The notes under the pieces were generated by a model that did no database searches, was not told where the DNA came from, and saw nothing but the letters and a program-made list of their open reading frames with translations. The position numbers and the translations under genes were made by a program. This document shows, in pieces, positions 1 through 10,061 of a stretch of 49,950 bases of DNA (position 1 is its first letter; each line of letters starts with the position of its first letter). Source of the stretch: an uncultured Alphaproteobacteria bacterium (GTDB lineage Bacteria > Pseudomonadota > Alphaproteobacteria > MPNO01 > UBA830). The stretch covers positions 1 to 49,950 of the forward strand of contig CAJWUK010000003.1 in the NCBI GenBank assembly GCA_913047365.1, given 5' to 3'.

Positions 1-67
1 TTTGGCATAGGCCCCCGGCTCCAGTCTTTGGAGGATACGTTACGAGGCCCGACGTGTTCAGATATAA

Positions 68-100
68 ATAAAAAACGGGCCGGAAAATTCCAGCCCGTTT
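68..100 (-). terminator. Rho-independent terminator of the TctC/Bug gene
   Basis: Minus strand reads AAACGGGCTGGA-loop-TCCGGCCCGTTT followed by a T-rich tail, about 30 nt after the stop at 129. Confidence 0.7.
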
Positions 101-128
101 CTCGTTTCAGATGAATTTCGGTTTAGCT

Positions 129-1166
129 TTAGCCGCCGAAGATCAGCTTGCGTGCATGCTTCACGACTTCCGGCGAGGCATTGGTCACCGAGTCGTTCAC
201 GACTTTCTGGATCGCCGCACCCGTGGACGGGATCAACCTTAGCTTGCGCTTTTTCAGTTCGGCCGCGAATGCCGGATCGGCATTCATCTTGTCATAAGCA
301 GCGCGCAGAACCTTGATTGTACCCTTATCCACACCCGGGGGGAGAGCCAGACCACGGCCCAGAAGTCCGGCGACGCTCAGGAAGCCGACGGCTTTCTTGT
401 CGAGGGGATCACTCACCAGCTCGTTGACCATGGGTACGGATTTCGGCAGGTCGGGATCGCGGAAGATGCCGATCTGGGCAATTGCACGAGCAAACGGCTT
501 GTCGCCGGTGAACCAGTGCGGAACTTTGGAGGCCCAAGCCAGCCAGTTAAAGGCCGCCATTTGGGATTCACCCTGCTCTATGGCAAAGATCGACTTGGAG
601 GAACCCTTGTAGCCGGTGACCATCTTGATCTTGTATCCGAATAGGCCGCGGAGCAGCATGGGGTTCAGATAACCGGACGAATTCTTGCCACTTGTGCTGC
701 CGATGATCTGCTTGGATTTGAGATCGTCGAGCTTGGTGACACCTGTGTCGGTGCGAACGACCATCACGACATTGGTCTGGTTACTGGAACCGAGCCATGT
801 GAAATTACGTGCGTCGTATCGCATTTTTTTGGGGCGCATGAGCTGGTTAGTGACGCCATTATCCAACGGAACGATCAGGGTGGAACCGTCCTTCGGCGCA
901 ACATTATAGAACCAGTTCATGGCCTTTGCGCCGCCCGCACCCGGCATGTGCTGCAGGATGATATTCGGGTTGCCCGGAATGTGCTTTCCGAGGTGGTTGG
1001 AGAAAGACACACCGTATTTATCGTAGGTGCCACCCGGTCCGTACGGGATGACTATCTTGATCGTCTTGCCGGCATAGTCCATAGCTGCAGATGCGCTTGT
1101 CGCGGCGCCCGCGGCAACTGCGCCAGCGACGAGACCCGCCACCAACGTCTTCGTATATTTATGCAT
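129..1166 (-). CDS. Tripartite tricarboxylate transporter (TTT) substrate-binding protein, TctC/Bug family
   Basis: Signal peptide, then KTIKIVIPYGPGGTYD, QHMPGAGG and TGYKG motifs typical of the family; GGAG RBS upstream. Confidence 0.9.
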   Translation of the reverse strand: MHKYTKTLVAGLVAGAVAAGAATSASAAMDYAGKTIKIVIPYGPGGTYDKYGVSFSNHLGKHIPGNPNIILQHMPGAGGAKAMNWFYNVAPKDGSTLIVPLDNGVTNQLMRPKKMRYDARNFTWLGSSNQTNVVMVVRTDTGVTKLDDLKSKQIIGSTSGKNSSGYLNPMLLRGLFGYKIKMVTGYKGSSKSIFAIEQGESQMAAFNWLAWASKVPHWFTGDKPFARAIAQIGIFRDPDLPKSVPMVNELVSDPLDKKAVGFLSVAGLLGRGLALPPGVDKGTIKVLRAAYDKMNADPAFAAELKKRKLRLIPSTGAAIQKVVNDSVTNASPEVVKHARKLIFGG

Positions 1167-1312
1167 TTCTCAGTATCTCCCTATTAAGAATTTAGTTTCT
1201 TGCCATCCCTGTTTTGCCATGACTTCGTAAGGCGTGCAAATCACAAACCGCCGAACTATTGTGTGCGCCACGCGGGGCAACGCCCCCATGGTTAACATGG
1301 AGAATTCCTTAC

Positions 1313-1966
1313 ATGTCAGAAGAACAGGCCCTCGCCGACGCCCGGGCACGGATTACCGAATATCGCGACCGCATCCAGCATATCGATGCAAATCACGCCG
1401 ACCTGTTGTTCAGGGAGGCGCGCAACCACAACTGGTGGCAGGAAAAGGATGTCACCGACGATCAGCTGCGCGAAATATACGATCTGCTGAAATACGGCTC
1501 GACTAGCTCCAACACCCAGCCAGCACGGCTAATCTTCATCCGCTCGCAGGAAGCCAAGGAAAAGCTAAAACCCTGCCTGGCGCCGCCGAACGTTGAAAAG
1601 ACCATGCTGGCGCCCGTGACCGCCCTGCTCGCCTACGATCTCGAATTTCACGAGGACTTCGCCCAGAACTATCCGGTCCGCCCGGAAATGGCGGAACGGT
1701 TCCGCAACGATGCAGCCGTCGCCGAAAAATTCGCCTTCCAGCAGGGCACCCTGCAGGGTGCCTATTTGATCATGGCAATCCGGGCGGTCGGTCTGGATGC
1801 AGGCGCCATGGGCGGTTTCAATACCGTCATGGCGGATGAAGTCTTCCTGCAGGGCAAGAACTGGAAATCAAATTTTCTGTGTAATATCGGCTACGGCGAC
1901 CTGGAGGGCATCAAGGGTTCGCGCCTTTACCGCTACGACTTCGAGGAAGTCTGCCAGATCATTTAG
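1313..1966 (+). CDS. rutE: Nitroreductase family protein, RutE/malonic semialdehyde reductase-like
   Basis: LFREARNHNWW, STSSNTQPARLIF, LQGAYLIMAIRAVGLDAGAMGGF and NFLCNIGYGD match the RutE subfamily. Start moved to ATG 1313 behind GGAG. Confidence 0.75.
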   Translation: MSEEQALADARARITEYRDRIQHIDANHADLLFREARNHNWWQEKDVTDDQLREIYDLLKYGSTSSNTQPARLIFIRSQEAKEKLKPCLAPPNVEKTMLAPVTALLAYDLEFHEDFAQNYPVRPEMAERFRNDAAVAEKFAFQQGTLQGAYLIMAIRAVGLDAGAMGGFNTVMADEVFLQGKNWKSNFLCNIGYGDLEGIKGSRLYRYDFEEVCQII

Positions 1967-1994
1967 GAAAACCGTACGAGCGATCAACCAAACA

Positions 1995-2020
1995 AAATGG
2001 CCCGCGACGCGGGCCATTTG
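1995..2020. terminator. Hairpin between convergent rutE-like and rpmB genes
   Basis: AAATGGCCCGC-GAC-GCGGGCCATTT is a perfect inverted repeat. Confidence 0.65.
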
Positions 2021-2042
2021 AATATTGTCTCGGTACCTGCGG

Positions 2043-2333
2043 TCAGTTTGCCGCGGCGAGCGCCTTCTTAACCTTGCGCTTCAGCGCCCGTGCTTCATCG
2101 GGCAGCTTAGAATCGACAGTGCCCAGCAGATAGGCATCCAGGCCGCCCTTGTGCTCTATTGTGCGGATCGCCCGGGCCGACAGGCGCAGACGCACCGTGG
2201 TGCCTAGCGCATCGGACAGCATAGACGTCACCTGTAAATTCGGCAGAAAACGGCGGCGCGTCTTGTTGTGCGCATGGCTGACATTATTGCCGGCCAACAC
2301 GCCTTTGCCGGTCATCTCGCATCGTCTGGACAT
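2043..2333 (-). CDS. rpmB: 50S ribosomal protein L28
   Basis: [30 protein letters not shown] signature. Confidence 0.98.
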   Translation of the reverse strand: MSRRCEMTGKGVLAGNNVSHAHNKTRRRFLPNLQVTSMLSDALGTTVRLRLSARAIRTIEHKGGLDAYLLGTVDSKLPDEARALKRKVKKALAAAN

Positions 2334-2424
2334 GGTCTCAACCCCAAAAATCTGGTTCCGACATGGAAAACGGGCCGTCCGCGGCCCGAAGAGCGCGAAG
2401 TTTTAGTCCCAGCGCCCATCTGCG

Positions 2425-3627
2425 TCAAGGATTCTTAGGCCCGGATTCAACCGTTTCCCGCACCTCCGATGCCCGTTTAACCAGGATCATCCGGCTGCCC
2501 AGCGCCATCACCACCATCGCCATTGCGCCGAAGAAATAAGGCCAGTGAATGCCGACAGACGCAAACACCACACCTGCAAGCGCGGGTCCCGCGATTCTGC
2601 CCGACCCGGCGAAGGCCTGCCCCAGCCCCAGAACGCCCCCCCGGCTGCCGGGATCGGCATATTGGGACAACAGACTGCTGAGCGAGGCGGCACAACCCGA
2701 TGTGCCGAGAATCATCAGAAACGCCGCCACATAGAGCACGGGCTCTACCGGTGCCAGCGGCATCAACAGCGCGCCGGCCCCCAGCGACAGGGCGCCAAGG
2801 GTGATCAGGGCTCGCTCCCCGACCCGGCGCGCCAGTGGCCCAATAGCAAACCACTGCAGCATGACGTGGCAGGCGCCCATCCAGGCATAAAAATATCCGT
2901 TATCCGCCGGCCCCCAGCCCCATACCCGGTCGGACCACAGCACGATGATCACTTCTATCCCCGCGAAGACGAAGGGCGGCGCAAACATCAGGCAAAGCAG
3001 CAACCGGGTCTGGGAATGAGCCAGGGCTGCCCGCCAGACCTTCAAACCCCGCCCGGCCCGGGCGCGGCTCCGTTGTTCAGTCGTTACCGATTCTCGGATC
3101 ATTACGATCGCAAGAAAGAAAGCAACCGCCGAAAAAAGCGCGGCTGCCAGATAGGGAAGCATGAACGGCGTGGTGCCGAAATTTACCCCCGCCAACAGAC
3201 CTCCGACCGCGGGCCCGACGACAAAGCCAAGACCTCCTGCGCCGCTTAGCCGGGCGATCTGTTTGGTGCGGTCGGCGGCGCTAGTTACATCAGCCACCAG
3301 CGCATGGGCCACGCCCATATTAGCGGCCATCGCGCCACCCAAAAACCGAACCACGAACAGCATCCAAAGAGATGCGGTAAACGCCAGCAACAGATAGGCA
3401 CATAACGTGCCGCTTATCGTAATCAGCAGGACCGGTTTTCGCCCTATGCGGTCACTGAGCCAACCCCAGAACGGCCCGAACATCGCTTGTCCCATTGTAA
3501 AACTGACTGCGACAAGCGTAACCAGTTCGGGGGAGGCGCCGAATTCCTGAGCATAAAGGGGCAGCAACGGCAACACGATGCCGAAGCCGACGGTATCGAC
3601 AAATACGGTAAGGATCAGGGCGTACAC
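2425..3627 (-). CDS. MFS transporter, TetA/DHA1-like
   Basis: About 12 hydrophobic segments; DTVGFGIVLPLLP and motif A GWLSDRIGRKPVL. Start moved to GTG 3627. Confidence 0.9.
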   Translation of the reverse strand: MYALILTVFVDTVGFGIVLPLLPLYAQEFGASPELVTLVAVSFTMGQAMFGPFWGWLSDRIGRKPVLLITISGTLCAYLLLAFTASLWMLFVVRFLGGAMAANMGVAHALVADVTSAADRTKQIARLSGAGGLGFVVGPAVGGLLAGVNFGTTPFMLPYLAAALFSAVAFFLAIVMIRESVTTEQRSRARAGRGLKVWRAALAHSQTRLLLCLMFAPPFVFAGIEVIIVLWSDRVWGWGPADNGYFYAWMGACHVMLQWFAIGPLARRVGERALITLGALSLGAGALLMPLAPVEPVLYVAAFLMILGTSGCAASLSSLLSQYADPGSRGGVLGLGQAFAGSGRIAGPALAGVVFASVGIHWPYFFGAMAMVVMALGSRMILVKRASEVRETVESGPKNP

Positions 3628-3769
3628 GCGCCCGCCTTTGCCACGATATGCACGCCGTGTCCAGCAGACACGGCATGGATTTAGGGGTTGCTTCAGCCAC
3701 CCCACAGCCTGTGCAAGCAGCGCATCTGTCGGCGAGTGGCTTCTTTTATATCGCGGGCACGGGCCGATT

Positions 3770-4654
3770 CTACCAGACGAAGGCGGGTACCGAGGCCACC
3801 GGACGGACATTCCACTCCAATGCCAGGCGATTCAGGGACGCGGGATCGGGGGGCAGTCCGCCAAGCTCGCCGGTGTGAACACCGGCGACAACCAGCACGG
3901 GATCAACACCAGCATTTTTCGCGCCCGCAAGGTCGGTTCTGAAGGAATCGCCGACGGCGGCGATCCGGGTTTTATCGATCCCCGACAGCACACGAAAACA
4001 ATAGGCGTAAATTTCTGCCTTGGGTTTACCGAACCAGCGGACGCCGCCTCCCAGTTCTTCGTATCGGAGCGCCAGCGCCCCCGCACAGATTATTTTTCGC
4101 CCGCCCCGCACCACCTCGAGATCGGGGTTGGCACAAATCATAGGCAGCCCCAGCTCCGCCCCCTTTTGCAGCAGCTCCTCATAATCGGGAACGGTTTCAC
4201 TGTCTTCCCAGGGACCGGTGTTCACGATCAGATCGCAATCCTCGATTCTGGATGTCTCTTCCCACTCCAGACCCTCGAACAACCCGCGATCCCGATCCGG
4301 TCCCGTGTGGAGGAACCGGTTGCCGATACGGGCATAGAAAGGATCCGACCGTTCTTTCAGGCTCAGATAGGTCGCCTCGCCTGAGGACAGAATCCGGCGG
4401 CAAAAGCCCGCCGGCATTCCCATTTCAATCATTGCCTCAGCGACTGCGGCGCTGCGTCTCGGCGCATTGGTCAGTAGGACAAAGGGCTTTTCCGCCGCGG
4501 TCAGATGCTCCAGCGTATCCACAACACCGGGATACAGGGTCACCCCGTCATGAAGCACCCCCCAGACATCCAGAATGAAGGCGTCATATCGGTCAGCTAC
4601 GGCCGCGAACCCCTCGAAATAGGGAACTGGCGCAGTGTCAGGTGTTTCAGGCAT
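3770..4654 (-). CDS. HAD-superfamily subfamily IIA hydrolase (TIGR01459-like)
   Basis: DVWGVLHDG, LTNAPR, CANPD, GKP and GDSFRTDLAGA motifs. Confidence 0.92.
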   Translation of the reverse strand: MPETPDTAPVPYFEGFAAVADRYDAFILDVWGVLHDGVTLYPGVVDTLEHLTAAEKPFVLLTNAPRRSAAVAEAMIEMGMPAGFCRRILSSGEATYLSLKERSDPFYARIGNRFLHTGPDRDRGLFEGLEWEETSRIEDCDLIVNTGPWEDSETVPDYEELLQKGAELGLPMICANPDLEVVRGGRKIICAGALALRYEELGGGVRWFGKPKAEIYAYCFRVLSGIDKTRIAAVGDSFRTDLAGAKNAGVDPVLVVAGVHTGELGGLPPDPASLNRLALEWNVRPVASVPAFVW

Positions 4655-4849
4655 AGGTGCGCTCTACACTGAATGCCGGCACCGGTAAAGATGGTGTAAT
4701 GCTGTGGGTGGCGTTATCAGGAAACCCGAGAGCCGGGTGCGTCTCTTGCCTGGTTACCGGGTGTCAGCTTAATAGCAGCGGCACATTACTGTCGCCGGAT
4801 CACGGGACGCAAAAGGTTTAAGAACGAATCCGCTTCGGCGGATCAAATT

Positions 4850-5872
4850 CTAATGCGTCCCCCGCCTCTGTATTATTAAGGCGCGGTCGACCGTGACCAC
4901 TGACACTTCGATCATCTTCTGATCCCGAAGCAAAGTCAGATCGATGGGGACCCCGGCCTCGCCCGATCCCCAGATTTCGCGATACAGCGCCGGAAGGTCA
5001 TTCACCTCTTCACCGTTAACCGCAGCAACGACATCACCGGGTTCCACCCCAGCCTTTGCCGCGGGTCCCCGGTCGGATACCGAAGTGATCAGTAGGTGAC
5101 CCATGGTTTCGACGGTATAGATACCGAGCCAGGGCCGCGGCGCATGTTTCGTCTGGCCGTTTTCGAGAAGCGTTTCAAATATGGGTTTCAGAAGATCGAC
5201 CGGCACGAACATGTTACCGGGCTGCTTGTCCGAATTTTCCTCCTCCGCGTCCTGCACGAAAAGCGATCCGATCCCAACCAGTTTGCCGTCATGACCTATC
5301 AGACCGGCCCCCGACCAGATTGGATGGGGAGGTTCGGTGAAGATCGCCCCGGCAATCAGGTATTCCCAATACCCGGCGAATTCTCGAACCGAAGAAACAT
5401 GGGCTGCCAATGCCTGCGCGCGCCCCCCGTGGGCGCCGACCGTCAGCGTGTCGCCTTCGCGGACCGTCGAGGAATGACCCAGTTCGATAGGTTTGACCCC
5501 GAGATCGGACATCGTGCGGATAAGACCAAAGCCGGTTTCGTAATCGTAGGCGATGGTGTGCGCCTCGGCGACGCCACCGATTTTGGTGCCGACCGTGATA
5601 AGGTCGCATTCATTAATTAGGTAGCCGATGGTCAACAGAAGGCCATCTTCTGAGATCAGAACGGCGTTCCCTTCCCGTTCGGTACCAAGATAGGACGCGG
5701 AAAACGCGTCTTCCGGCGCCCGCGCCTGCAACGGTACGATCGCGGAAAGCGCCTTGTCGAGATCGTAATCCAGTTTTTCCGGCTCGGGCCGCGGGGCATC
5801 CGCCAGCGCCGGGTGGAAAAGTGGTGAGATACCAGCCGGTTTGTGGCCGTTCGCGCGTTCGACGCCGGTCAT
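4850..5872 (-). CDS. S1C trypsin-like protein with C-terminal PDZ domain and a degenerate catalytic triad
   Basis: HtrA-like layout; LTIGYL in place of TNxHV, IWSGA in place of GNSGG; PDZ motifs RPWLG..GPAAKAGVEPGDVV. Confidence 0.8.
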   Translation of the reverse strand: MTGVERANGHKPAGISPLFHPALADAPRPEPEKLDYDLDKALSAIVPLQARAPEDAFSASYLGTEREGNAVLISEDGLLLTIGYLINECDLITVGTKIGGVAEAHTIAYDYETGFGLIRTMSDLGVKPIELGHSSTVREGDTLTVGAHGGRAQALAAHVSSVREFAGYWEYLIAGAIFTEPPHPIWSGAGLIGHDGKLVGIGSLFVQDAEEENSDKQPGNMFVPVDLLKPIFETLLENGQTKHAPRPWLGIYTVETMGHLLITSVSDRGPAAKAGVEPGDVVAAVNGEEVNDLPALYREIWGSGEAGVPIDLTLLRDQKMIEVSVVTVDRALIIQRRGTH

Positions 5873-5964
5873 GACAGATACATACTCCTGAATTCGGCAA
5901 TAACCTTAGAGGATTTCCGGCCGGTGGGGAAATCCGCCAGGCCAAACTGAGACACGAGTTTCGA

Positions 5965-7257
5965 TCAGGAACGTTCGTCCACGAAACGCGGCGCCTTGAT
6001 CGATGATTCGAATCGGCGGGCCAGGGTACCTATCTCCAAGACTTCCACGCGGGAAGAAATTTCAAAGGTCGTCTTGATGCTGGCGGAAAGGTCATCGGCG
6101 ATCCTGTCGTTGTTCTCCCCCCTGCGGACCTCTATCTTCACGGTCAGGGTTTCAAGGTCATCATCGTCGGTAACCAGCACGGCCTGGAAATCGTTTACGG
6201 GTTCAATCCCGAAGACAAAATCTTCGAATTCCGCATGGTTGACGTTCACGCCGCGGATTTTGAAAAACCCCGTGGTGCGGTTGGCGTGCCGGATCATGGG
6301 AAACAGATCGGCGAACTGCCCATCGCTCTCGCCGTGCTCTAAATAACGGACTATGTCGCCCGCGTTCCAGCGCAGGAACGGCGTGGCGTGCCCGGTCCAA
6401 AGTGGCGTCTGGCATAAATGGCCCTCTTCACCGGGCGGCAACATATTGCCGGTCTCCGGATCGACGACTTCGATGAAAAACATATCCGACCAAATATGCA
6501 TGCCGTCATGGGCGGTGCCCTCGCCTCCCATCAGGCCGGCCTCACTCATTCCGAAGACGTTGAACACCTCCGCTCCCCAGGTGCGGGCCAGCTTTTCCCG
6601 CTTGGCATCCGAAAGCGGTTCGGCGGAACAGATGATTTTATTCACGCTCGATTGCGTTAGGTCTATATCTTGTTCGGCCGCTAGGTTGGCCAGGTGCAGC
6701 GCGAAGCTCGGCATCGAGATCAGCACCGTGGGCTCCAGCGTCTGGATCAGGCCAAGCTGCACCGCCGACGGCACCGAATTTCCGGCACCGACCCAGGCCA
6801 TACCGACGCCGAACAGATGCGCCGACCGCGCCCAGATTTGCCCTGCAGGGTGAACGCCTATGGGGAACGAGATGTGACACAGATCGCCCGCCCCGATGCC
6901 CATCGCCGGAAAAGACCGGCCCCAGGTGATCAGACCGTAATCCACGTCCTTAAAGGTGCGCGGATAGAAAACCGGCGTTCCCGTCGTTCCACCGGACCGC
7001 CAGTATTCAGCGATGTCGCTTTTGGGCGCGATGCAGAACTGGTCCATGAATTCCGCATGGTCCATCCGGCGCAGGATATCCTTGTTGATGATCGGGATCT
7101 GCTGCCATACCTCCGGGTCGTCCAGCCGATCGGCATCGATATGATCAAGCTTGCCCTGGTACCATTTCGCCTGCTTTGCGCGCTCGAAGGCGACACGTTT
7201 CCGCTCCGACTGGATATTCCCGATTTCATCACGTGATTTCGGCAGCGGCAACAGCAT
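5965..7257 (-). CDS. Phenylacetate-CoA ligase (PaaK) family protein
   Basis: RSGGTTGTP, SAEPLS, FGMSE and FKIRGVNV motifs. Start at ATG 7257 behind GGGAGA. Confidence 0.85.
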   Translation of the reverse strand: MLLPLPKSRDEIGNIQSERKRVAFERAKQAKWYQGKLDHIDADRLDDPEVWQQIPIINKDILRRMDHAEFMDQFCIAPKSDIAEYWRSGGTTGTPVFYPRTFKDVDYGLITWGRSFPAMGIGAGDLCHISFPIGVHPAGQIWARSAHLFGVGMAWVGAGNSVPSAVQLGLIQTLEPTVLISMPSFALHLANLAAEQDIDLTQSSVNKIICSAEPLSDAKREKLARTWGAEVFNVFGMSEAGLMGGEGTAHDGMHIWSDMFFIEVVDPETGNMLPPGEEGHLCQTPLWTGHATPFLRWNAGDIVRYLEHGESDGQFADLFPMIRHANRTTGFFKIRGVNVNHAEFEDFVFGIEPVNDFQAVLVTDDDDLETLTVKIEVRRGENNDRIADDLSASIKTTFEISSRVEVLEIGTLARRFESSIKAPRFVDERS

Positions 7258-7321
7258 TGGACTGGGTCTCCCTTTCATCGCATGATCGCGTTTCCTGTTA
7301 GAGAGCGCAAACCGGAACCGG

Positions 7322-9655
7322 ATGAAAATAGCCATCAGCGGGGGCGGCCCCGGCGGGTTGTACTTTGCCCTGTTGGCCAAGAAGACCTGGCCGTCGCATG
7401 ACATACACGTTTACGAACGAAACCGGGCGGAAGATACGTTCGGCTTCGGCGTCGTGTTTTCCGATGAAACACTGGATGCGTTCCTCGCCCGCGATCCGGA
7501 AAGCTACGACGCGATCACGGACCAGTTCGCCTATTGGGATGAAATCGATTTCAACCTGCACGGCGAAACAGTCCGGTCGACCGGCCACGGCTTCTGCGGT
7601 TGCGGCCGGGTGGAACTGCTTCAAATTCTTCAAAGGCGCTGCGCCGAGGTCGGCGTAGTCATAGATTATTCGACCGAAATAAATAATCCCGCAGATATCG
7701 ATGCGGATCTGGTGGTCGGGGCAGACGGCATCAACAGCGTCGTCCGCGATGCCTTCGCCGATTACTTCCAGCCGAGTTTCAAGTGGCGCAAGAACCGCTT
7801 CGCCTGGCTGGGCACTACGAAGCCCTACGATGCCTTCACCTTCGATTTCACGGAAGACGATCACGGCATATGGGTACTCGGCGCCTATCAATACAAGGAG
7901 GGAATGAGCACCTGGATCGTGGAAGCACCGGAGAGGACCTGGGCGAACGCCGAAGAAGCCGTTGGCGGGCTAAGCGATGAAACGCTGGTGTCGTATATGA
8001 CACAGCTTTGGGCCCATCGGCTGGAAAATGGGAAACACGACCTGATCCCCAACAAAACCGTCTGGCGCCAGTTCCCGATGATCCGCTGCGCTAACTGGTC
8101 CCACGACCGGTACATGCTGATCGGCGATGCGCTGCATACCGCGCATTATTCGATCGGTTCGGGCACCAAGCTGGCAATGGAAGATGCCATCGCCCTTGTC
8201 GATGCGCTAGCCGAGACGGACTCGATCCCCGACGCCCAGCGAAAGTTCGAAGAATTACGGCGCGAAGAAGTGGAGAAGACACAACACGCCGCGGAAGTAT
8301 CGGTTATCTGGACCGAAGAACCCCATCGGTACTGGGACATGACGCCGCTTCAGGCCGCGTTTTCCATGATGTCGCGGTCAAAGCAGGTGACATACGAAAA
8401 TCTGCGCCTCCGCGACCCCGCCCTGATCGACCGGGTCGATACCTGGTTCGCCAACGACGTGCGGAAATCGGGATTGGACGTCGCGGAGAACGCGCCCCCG
8501 ATGTTCACCCCGTTCCGGCTACGGAACATGACCCTCGCCAACCGGGTCGTGGTATCGCCGATGGATATGTATTCGTCCGTCGACGGCGTGCCCGGGGATT
8601 TTCATTTCGTGCATCTGGGATCGATGGCGCTGGGCGGCGCTGGACTGATCTTTTCGGAAATGACCTGCGTGTCGGCGGATGGCCGCATCACGCCGGGCTG
8701 CGCCGGCCTCTACACCGACGACCAGACAGCCGCCTGGAAACGTGTCATCGATTTCGTCCACGCGCAATCGGATGCGAAATTTTGCCTGCAGATCGGCCAT
8801 GCCGGCCGCAAGGGGTCGACCCGGGTCGGCTGGGAAGGCATGGACATGCCGCTGGAACGGGACAACTGGGAGATCATCGCCCCGTCACCCCTGCCCCACG
8901 CGCCGGACATGCACACGCCCCGGGAAATGACCCGCGACGACATGGACCGGGTTCGCGACAATTTCGTCGCGGCCGCAAGGCGGTCGGAAACCGCGGGCGC
9001 GGACATGATCGAACTTCACATGGCGCACGGCTATCTGCTGTCAAGCTTCATCACCCCCGTCGCCAACCGACGGACGGACGAATACGGCGGCAGTCTAGAA
9101 AACCGGATACGCTTTCCACTGGAAGTGTTCGACGCGGTACGCGCCGTCTGGCCGGATGAAAAGCCGATATCGGCAAGGATTTCGGCAACCGACTGGGTGG
9201 GCGCCACTGGCGTCACCGGTGAAGAAGCGGTCGAAATCGCGCGCATGCTGAAAGATCGCGGCTGCGACATCGTCGATGTTTCAGCTGGTCAGACCACCCC
9301 GGACGCGAAACCGATCTATGGCCGCATGTTCCAAACGCCGTTTTCGGAACAGGTCCGCAACGAAGCCCCCATCCCCACCATAGCGGTCGGCAACATCACC
9401 ACCTCGGATCAGGTGAACACCATCCTGGCCGCCGGGCGCGCGGATCTGGTAGCGCTCGCCCGGCCGCATCTGACCAACCCCCACTTCACCCTGGAGGCGT
9501 CCGCCTGGTATGGGCAGACGCACCAGCGCTGGCCCCTGTCCTACGACCCGGCGAAGGACCAGGCATTCCGGATGGCCCAGCGGGACCGGGCGGAAGACCT
9601 GGAACTTAAAAAAGCGGCGGCGCCGTCCAGCCACCGGAATTCAGAGACGGACTAG
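7322..9655 (+). CDS. abmA: Bifunctional salicylyl-CoA 5-hydroxylase / 2-aminobenzoyl-CoA monooxygenase-reductase
   Basis: FAD monooxygenase N-domain (GGGPGGLYFA, TFGFGVVFSD, GDALHTAHYSIGSGTKLAMED) fused to an Old Yellow Enzyme domain (NRVVVSPM, HMAHGYLLSSF, RTDEYGGS). Confidence 0.88.
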   Translation: MKIAISGGGPGGLYFALLAKKTWPSHDIHVYERNRAEDTFGFGVVFSDETLDAFLARDPESYDAITDQFAYWDEIDFNLHGETVRSTGHGFCGCGRVELLQILQRRCAEVGVVIDYSTEINNPADIDADLVVGADGINSVVRDAFADYFQPSFKWRKNRFAWLGTTKPYDAFTFDFTEDDHGIWVLGAYQYKEGMSTWIVEAPERTWANAEEAVGGLSDETLVSYMTQLWAHRLENGKHDLIPNKTVWRQFPMIRCANWSHDRYMLIGDALHTAHYSIGSGTKLAMEDAIALVDALAETDSIPDAQRKFEELRREEVEKTQHAAEVSVIWTEEPHRYWDMTPLQAAFSMMSRSKQVTYENLRLRDPALIDRVDTWFANDVRKSGLDVAENAPPMFTPFRLRNMTLANRVVVSPMDMYSSVDGVPGDFHFVHLGSMALGGAGLIFSEMTCVSADGRITPGCAGLYTDDQTAAWKRVIDFVHAQSDAKFCLQIGHAGRKGSTRVGWEGMDMPLERDNWEIIAPSPLPHAPDMHTPREMTRDDMDRVRDNFVAAARRSETAGADMIELHMAHGYLLSSFITPVANRRTDEYGGSLENRIRFPLEVFDAVRAVWPDEKPISARISATDWVGATGVTGEEAVEIARMLKDRGCDIVDVSAGQTTPDAKPIYGRMFQTPFSEQVRNEAPIPTIAVGNITTSDQVNTILAAGRADLVALARPHLTNPHFTLEASAWYGQTHQRWPLSYDPAKDQAFRMAQRDRAEDLELKKAAAPSSHRNSETD

Positions 9656-9758
9656 CTTTAGACCGGACGAAAGATGCCATCGGTTTCAGAATAGTCATAG
9701 AGCGCGCCATTCCCGATAGAGAACCAGGCGCCGAAGAGGCCTAGCCCCCGTCCGCCAG

Positions 9759-10049
9759 CGCATCAAGCTCGGCTTGGGGGATGGTGCCACCCCGCCGACC
9801 CAGGTGGCCGGCAATATCCCCTGCCCTATCATGGGTATTTTCAGAGATGAGGACCAGAACCCTTCGCCGGAAGACGTGGCCGACCTGGATGCCGCCTTGA
9901 CGGGCACGGACGTGGCACACGAATTTCACCTCTATTACGGGGCGGGCCATCGGTTCCAGGATCTTGTTAGACCGGAAAGCTACCGCGAGGAACAGGCGAA
10001 GGATGCATGGACTAAAATTGGCGTGTTTATGAAAGACAATCTCGGATAG
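9759..10049 (+). pseudogene. C-terminal remnant of a dienelactone hydrolase family gene
   Basis: CPIMGIFRDEDQNPSPED..HEFHLYYGAGHRF..AKDAW is the C-terminal part. In-frame TAG at 9717-9719 and no GxCxGG nucleophile region. Confidence 0.75.
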
Positions 10050-10061
10050 AAGTTTGCCGGC

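Noticed and set aside
4655-4849. Riboswitch or leader RNA upstream of the HAD hydrolase
   Set aside because: No known aptamer consensus was recognised.
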